A stretch of 64,000 nucleotides of DNA, from contig JAHFGN010000001.1 of NCBI GenBank assembly GCA_023247415.1, forward strand, positions 10,062 through 74,061. Direction: 5' to 3'. This document shows positions 61,822-64,000 of the stretch, in pieces. This stretch comes from Candidatus Omnitrophota bacterium. Its GTDB lineage: Bacteria > Omnitrophota > Gorgyraeia > 2-01-FULL-45-10 > JAHFGN01. Below the pieces are notes generated by a model. The model made no database searches, was not told the origin of the DNA, and saw only the letters and a list, made by a program, of their open reading frames with translations. Both the position numbers and the translations under genes were made by a program. Within the stretch, counting starts at the first letter, position 1, and every line of letters starts with the position of its first letter.

Positions 61822-63096
61822 ATGAAAATTTTTTACAACATAATATTTTCCATCTACGCGATCTTTTACCTTCCGGCGCTTCTATTCAGAGGGCGGCTCC
61901 ATAGATATTTTTTAGAGCGCTTCGGGATATTCTCATGCGAAAGGCTTGAGGGCTTCAGCGTATATCAAAGGACTATATGGGTCCACGCGGTCAGTGTCGG
62001 CGAGGTTTCCGCCGCGAAGCCGGTTATCGATGGATTCAGGAAGGAATTTCATTCCTATAACATGGTAATCTCCACGACAACAAGGGCGGGCCATCACCTC
62101 GCCAAGTACCTGTTTTCCAATATCGCGACCATCATCTATTCGCCGCTCGACTTTAGTTTGATAACAAGCCGGGTTGCGCGCCTCGTCAAGCCCAACATAT
62201 TCTGCATGATGGAGACAGAGCTCTGGCCAAACCTCATATTATCTCTTTCGAAAGCGAATGCGCCCATTATCCTTTTAAACGGCAGGATTTCCGACAGGTC
62301 TCTTGGGGCCTACATGGCCGCATCGCCCTTCATGAGGCCGATATTGGCGCGGATAAGCGCGTTCTGCATGCAGTCTGAAACCGACGCCAGGAGGATCGAG
62401 GCGATTGGCGCGAACCCCGGGAAGATTACAGTGACAGGGAATCTGAAGTTTGATATCCCGATGAACAAAGTCGACGTGGACAGGAAGGATTTGGGGATAG
62501 GGCCGGACGAAGACCTGATAATAGCCGGAAGCACGCATCACGGCGAGGAGGCCGCGATATTGAAGGTATATAAGGCCTTATCGCGTAAGCGTAAAAACCT
62601 GCGGCTGTTGATAGCGCCCAGGCATGTCGAGCGCGCAAGGTCAGCGGAGATAGCGGCCCATAAATACGGCTTCAAGACCATGAGGGTCTCCCGGCTCGCG
62701 AGGATGCCAGCCGGAGCGGAAGGCAATGCGGTCCTGATTCTGGACACTGTAGGCCGGTTGAAGGACATATACGCCGCCGCGGCCATTGTATTTGTAGGAG
62801 GCAGTCTTATCAAAAAAGGCGGCCACAACCTCGTCGAGCCAGCCATGCACGCGAGGCCCATAGTATTCGGACCTCATATGTTCAACTTCAGGGACATGTC
62901 CGAGGCGTTTCTAAAAAATAACGCGGCGGCGCAGGTAAAGAACCCCCAGGAGCTGTTAGAGGTCTTTGAAAGACTTTTGACGAACCTAAAGGAGCGCGAG
63001 GCTCTCGGTAATAACGCGAAGAGGCTCATCGAGGCGAATTCCGGCGCGACAAAAAAGACCTTAGCCGTGATTCGCAATATAGCAGCTCAAAAATAA
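61822..63096 (+). CDS. waaA: 3-deoxy-D-manno-octulosonic-acid (Kdo) transferase
   Basis: GT30 family, about 424 aa, with N-terminal membrane anchor 'IFYNIIFSIYAIFYLPALLFRGRL'. It sits immediately upstream of lpxK. Confidence 0.75.
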   Translation: MKIFYNIIFSIYAIFYLPALLFRGRLHRYFLERFGIFSCERLEGFSVYQRTIWVHAVSVGEVSAAKPVIDGFRKEFHSYNMVISTTTRAGHHLAKYLFSNIATIIYSPLDFSLITSRVARLVKPNIFCMMETELWPNLILSLSKANAPIILLNGRISDRSLGAYMAASPFMRPILARISAFCMQSETDARRIEAIGANPGKITVTGNLKFDIPMNKVDVDRKDLGIGPDEDLIIAGSTHHGEEAAILKVYKALSRKRKNLRLLIAPRHVERARSAEIAAHKYGFKTMRVSRLARMPAGAEGNAVLILDTVGRLKDIYAAAAIVFVGGSLIKKGGHNLVEPAMHARPIVFGPHMFNFRDMSEAFLKNNAAAQVKNPQELLEVFERLLTNLKEREALGNNAKRLIEANSGATKKTLAVIRNIAAQK

Positions 63097-63142
63097 AAAT
63101 CGATAAAATCGATAAAAAAACCATGAAAATTTTCATAGAATC

Positions 63143-63180
63143 TGTGCTGCAGGGTGCCCTCTTGTGGGACGTCCCCTTTT
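63143..63180 (+). repeat. REP element copy between waaA and lpxK
   Basis: 'tgtgctgcagggtgccctcttgtgggacgtcccctttt'. Confidence 0.7.
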
Positions 63181-63222
63181 ACCCTTTTACTTTTACACAT
63201 GCGGGAATATATACATTCGATA

Positions 63223-64000
63223 ATGCTGGATAAAAACAGGTCTTTGATCGCGAAGGCGGCCGCGGCCGTTTTATGGCTTGCGTCGATTATCTATGCGTTT
63301 ATCATATTTAAGCAAAAGGCGCTGTACCGCTCGAACATATTCAAAACGCACAGTGTTGGCGCGAAGGTGATAAGCGTCGGAAACCTCACATTGGGCGGAA
63401 CCGGCAAGACGCCGTTTACTATCATGCTGGCGAAGCTCCTGAAGAACGCGATGAACAGAAATCCGGCTGTATTGATCCGGGGCTATGGCCTTGACGAACA
63501 GGCGATGCTGCTGGACGCGCTTCGGCCGGACAACATACCTCTATTCGTGGGCAGGAACAGGTTGAAAAGCGCGCATATGGCAATAGCCTCTAAAAAAGCG
63601 GATACGATCCTTTTGGATGACGGATTCCAGCGATGGAGCCTGTCAAGAGATCTGGACATAGTCCTCATAGATACGAGAAATCCGTTCGGCGGCAATCAAC
63701 TCTTTCCCCGCGGGATATTGAGAGAGCCTGTCTCCAGCATAGAGAGGGCCGATGTGGTGGTCCTGACCAAGACAGATAAGAGCCTGGTCGATAGGGCTGA
63801 AGTTATGAGCCGGATAAGGGCGTTTAAAGAGGATATCGTCTTCGTTGAGGCCGAACACAGGCCGTCCGGCCTATGGGAGATCAGGACCGGAATACACCTC
63901 AATCTGGAGATGCTGAAAGGCCGCGGCGTCCATCTCGCCTCGAGTATCGGCGATCCTGACTACTTCGAAGAGACTGTGAAGGGTTTGGGGGCCAGGGTGC
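63223..64000 (+). CDS. lpxK: Tetraacyldisaccharide 4'-kinase, 3'-partial (runs off window)
   Basis: Translation gives 'MLDKNRSLIAKAAAAVLWLAS...VISVGNLTLGGTGKTPFTIMLAKLL', which includes the LpxK P-loop. An alternative in-frame ATG lies at 63199. Confidence 0.75.
   Translation, partial: MLDKNRSLIAKAAAAVLWLASIIYAFIIFKQKALYRSNIFKTHSVGAKVISVGNLTLGGTGKTPFTIMLAKLLKNAMNRNPAVLIRGYGLDEQAMLLDALRPDNIPLFVGRNRLKSAHMAIASKKADTILLDDGFQRWSLSRDLDIVLIDTRNPFGGNQLFPRGILREPVSSIERADVVVLTKTDKSLVDRAEVMSRIRAFKEDIVFVEAEHRPSGLWEIRTGIHLNLEMLKGRGVHLASSIGDPDYFEETVKGLGARV

Noticed and set aside
1-64000. CRISPR arrays, rRNA and tRNA genes
   Set aside because: No regularly spaced direct repeats with unique spacers were seen. 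No rRNA-like or tRNA cloverleaf signatures (for example a GTTCGA T-loop context) were recognised by eye. A tRNA scan would be needed to be certain.

Overview
This 64 kb window reads almost entirely on the + strand and comes from a diderm bacterium, as shown by kdtA/waaA and lpxK, a prepilin peptidase, topA, dprA and xerC/D-like genes, and an ilvD-ilvB-ilvN-ilvC-leuA and aroE-aroC-aroK biosynthetic gene string. Its dominant and most unusual content is an array of seven giant paralogous genes spanning about 1-9332 and 18954-47352, with products of 923 to more than 3056 aa; the first is open to the left edge of the window. Every member with a visible start begins with a Sec-type signal-peptide-like leader followed by a conserved 'TLAP' N-domain, and all end in a shared C-terminal module of about 150 aa with the signature 'IIRILPK...EAY'. 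Embedded in these proteins are recognisable sugar-catabolic and glycolytic enzyme domains. In order these are a ROK-family kinase, an LmbE-type deacetylase, NagB-fold domains (two copies), a GT-B glucan phosphorylase/synthase-like domain, a phosphofructokinase-like domain plus a DeoC/LacD-type class I aldolase-like domain, a histidine-phosphatase/PGAM-like domain, and a contiguous GAPDH-PGK-TIM tri-fusion. Three of the giant genes share a near-identical sigma70 promoter and 5' leader. The window also carries a REP-associated tyrosine transposase (RAYT, IS200-like) flanked by inverted REPs, with further REP copies elsewhere. There are at least four other small palindromic or hairpin repeat families in intergenic positions. 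Other features are an AbiEi/AbiEii toxin-antitoxin pair, a TatD-radical SAM fusion, a CPBP protease and tsaE/tsaB/alr/thiL/mtnA housekeeping genes. No rRNA, tRNA or CRISPR array was recognised by eye.
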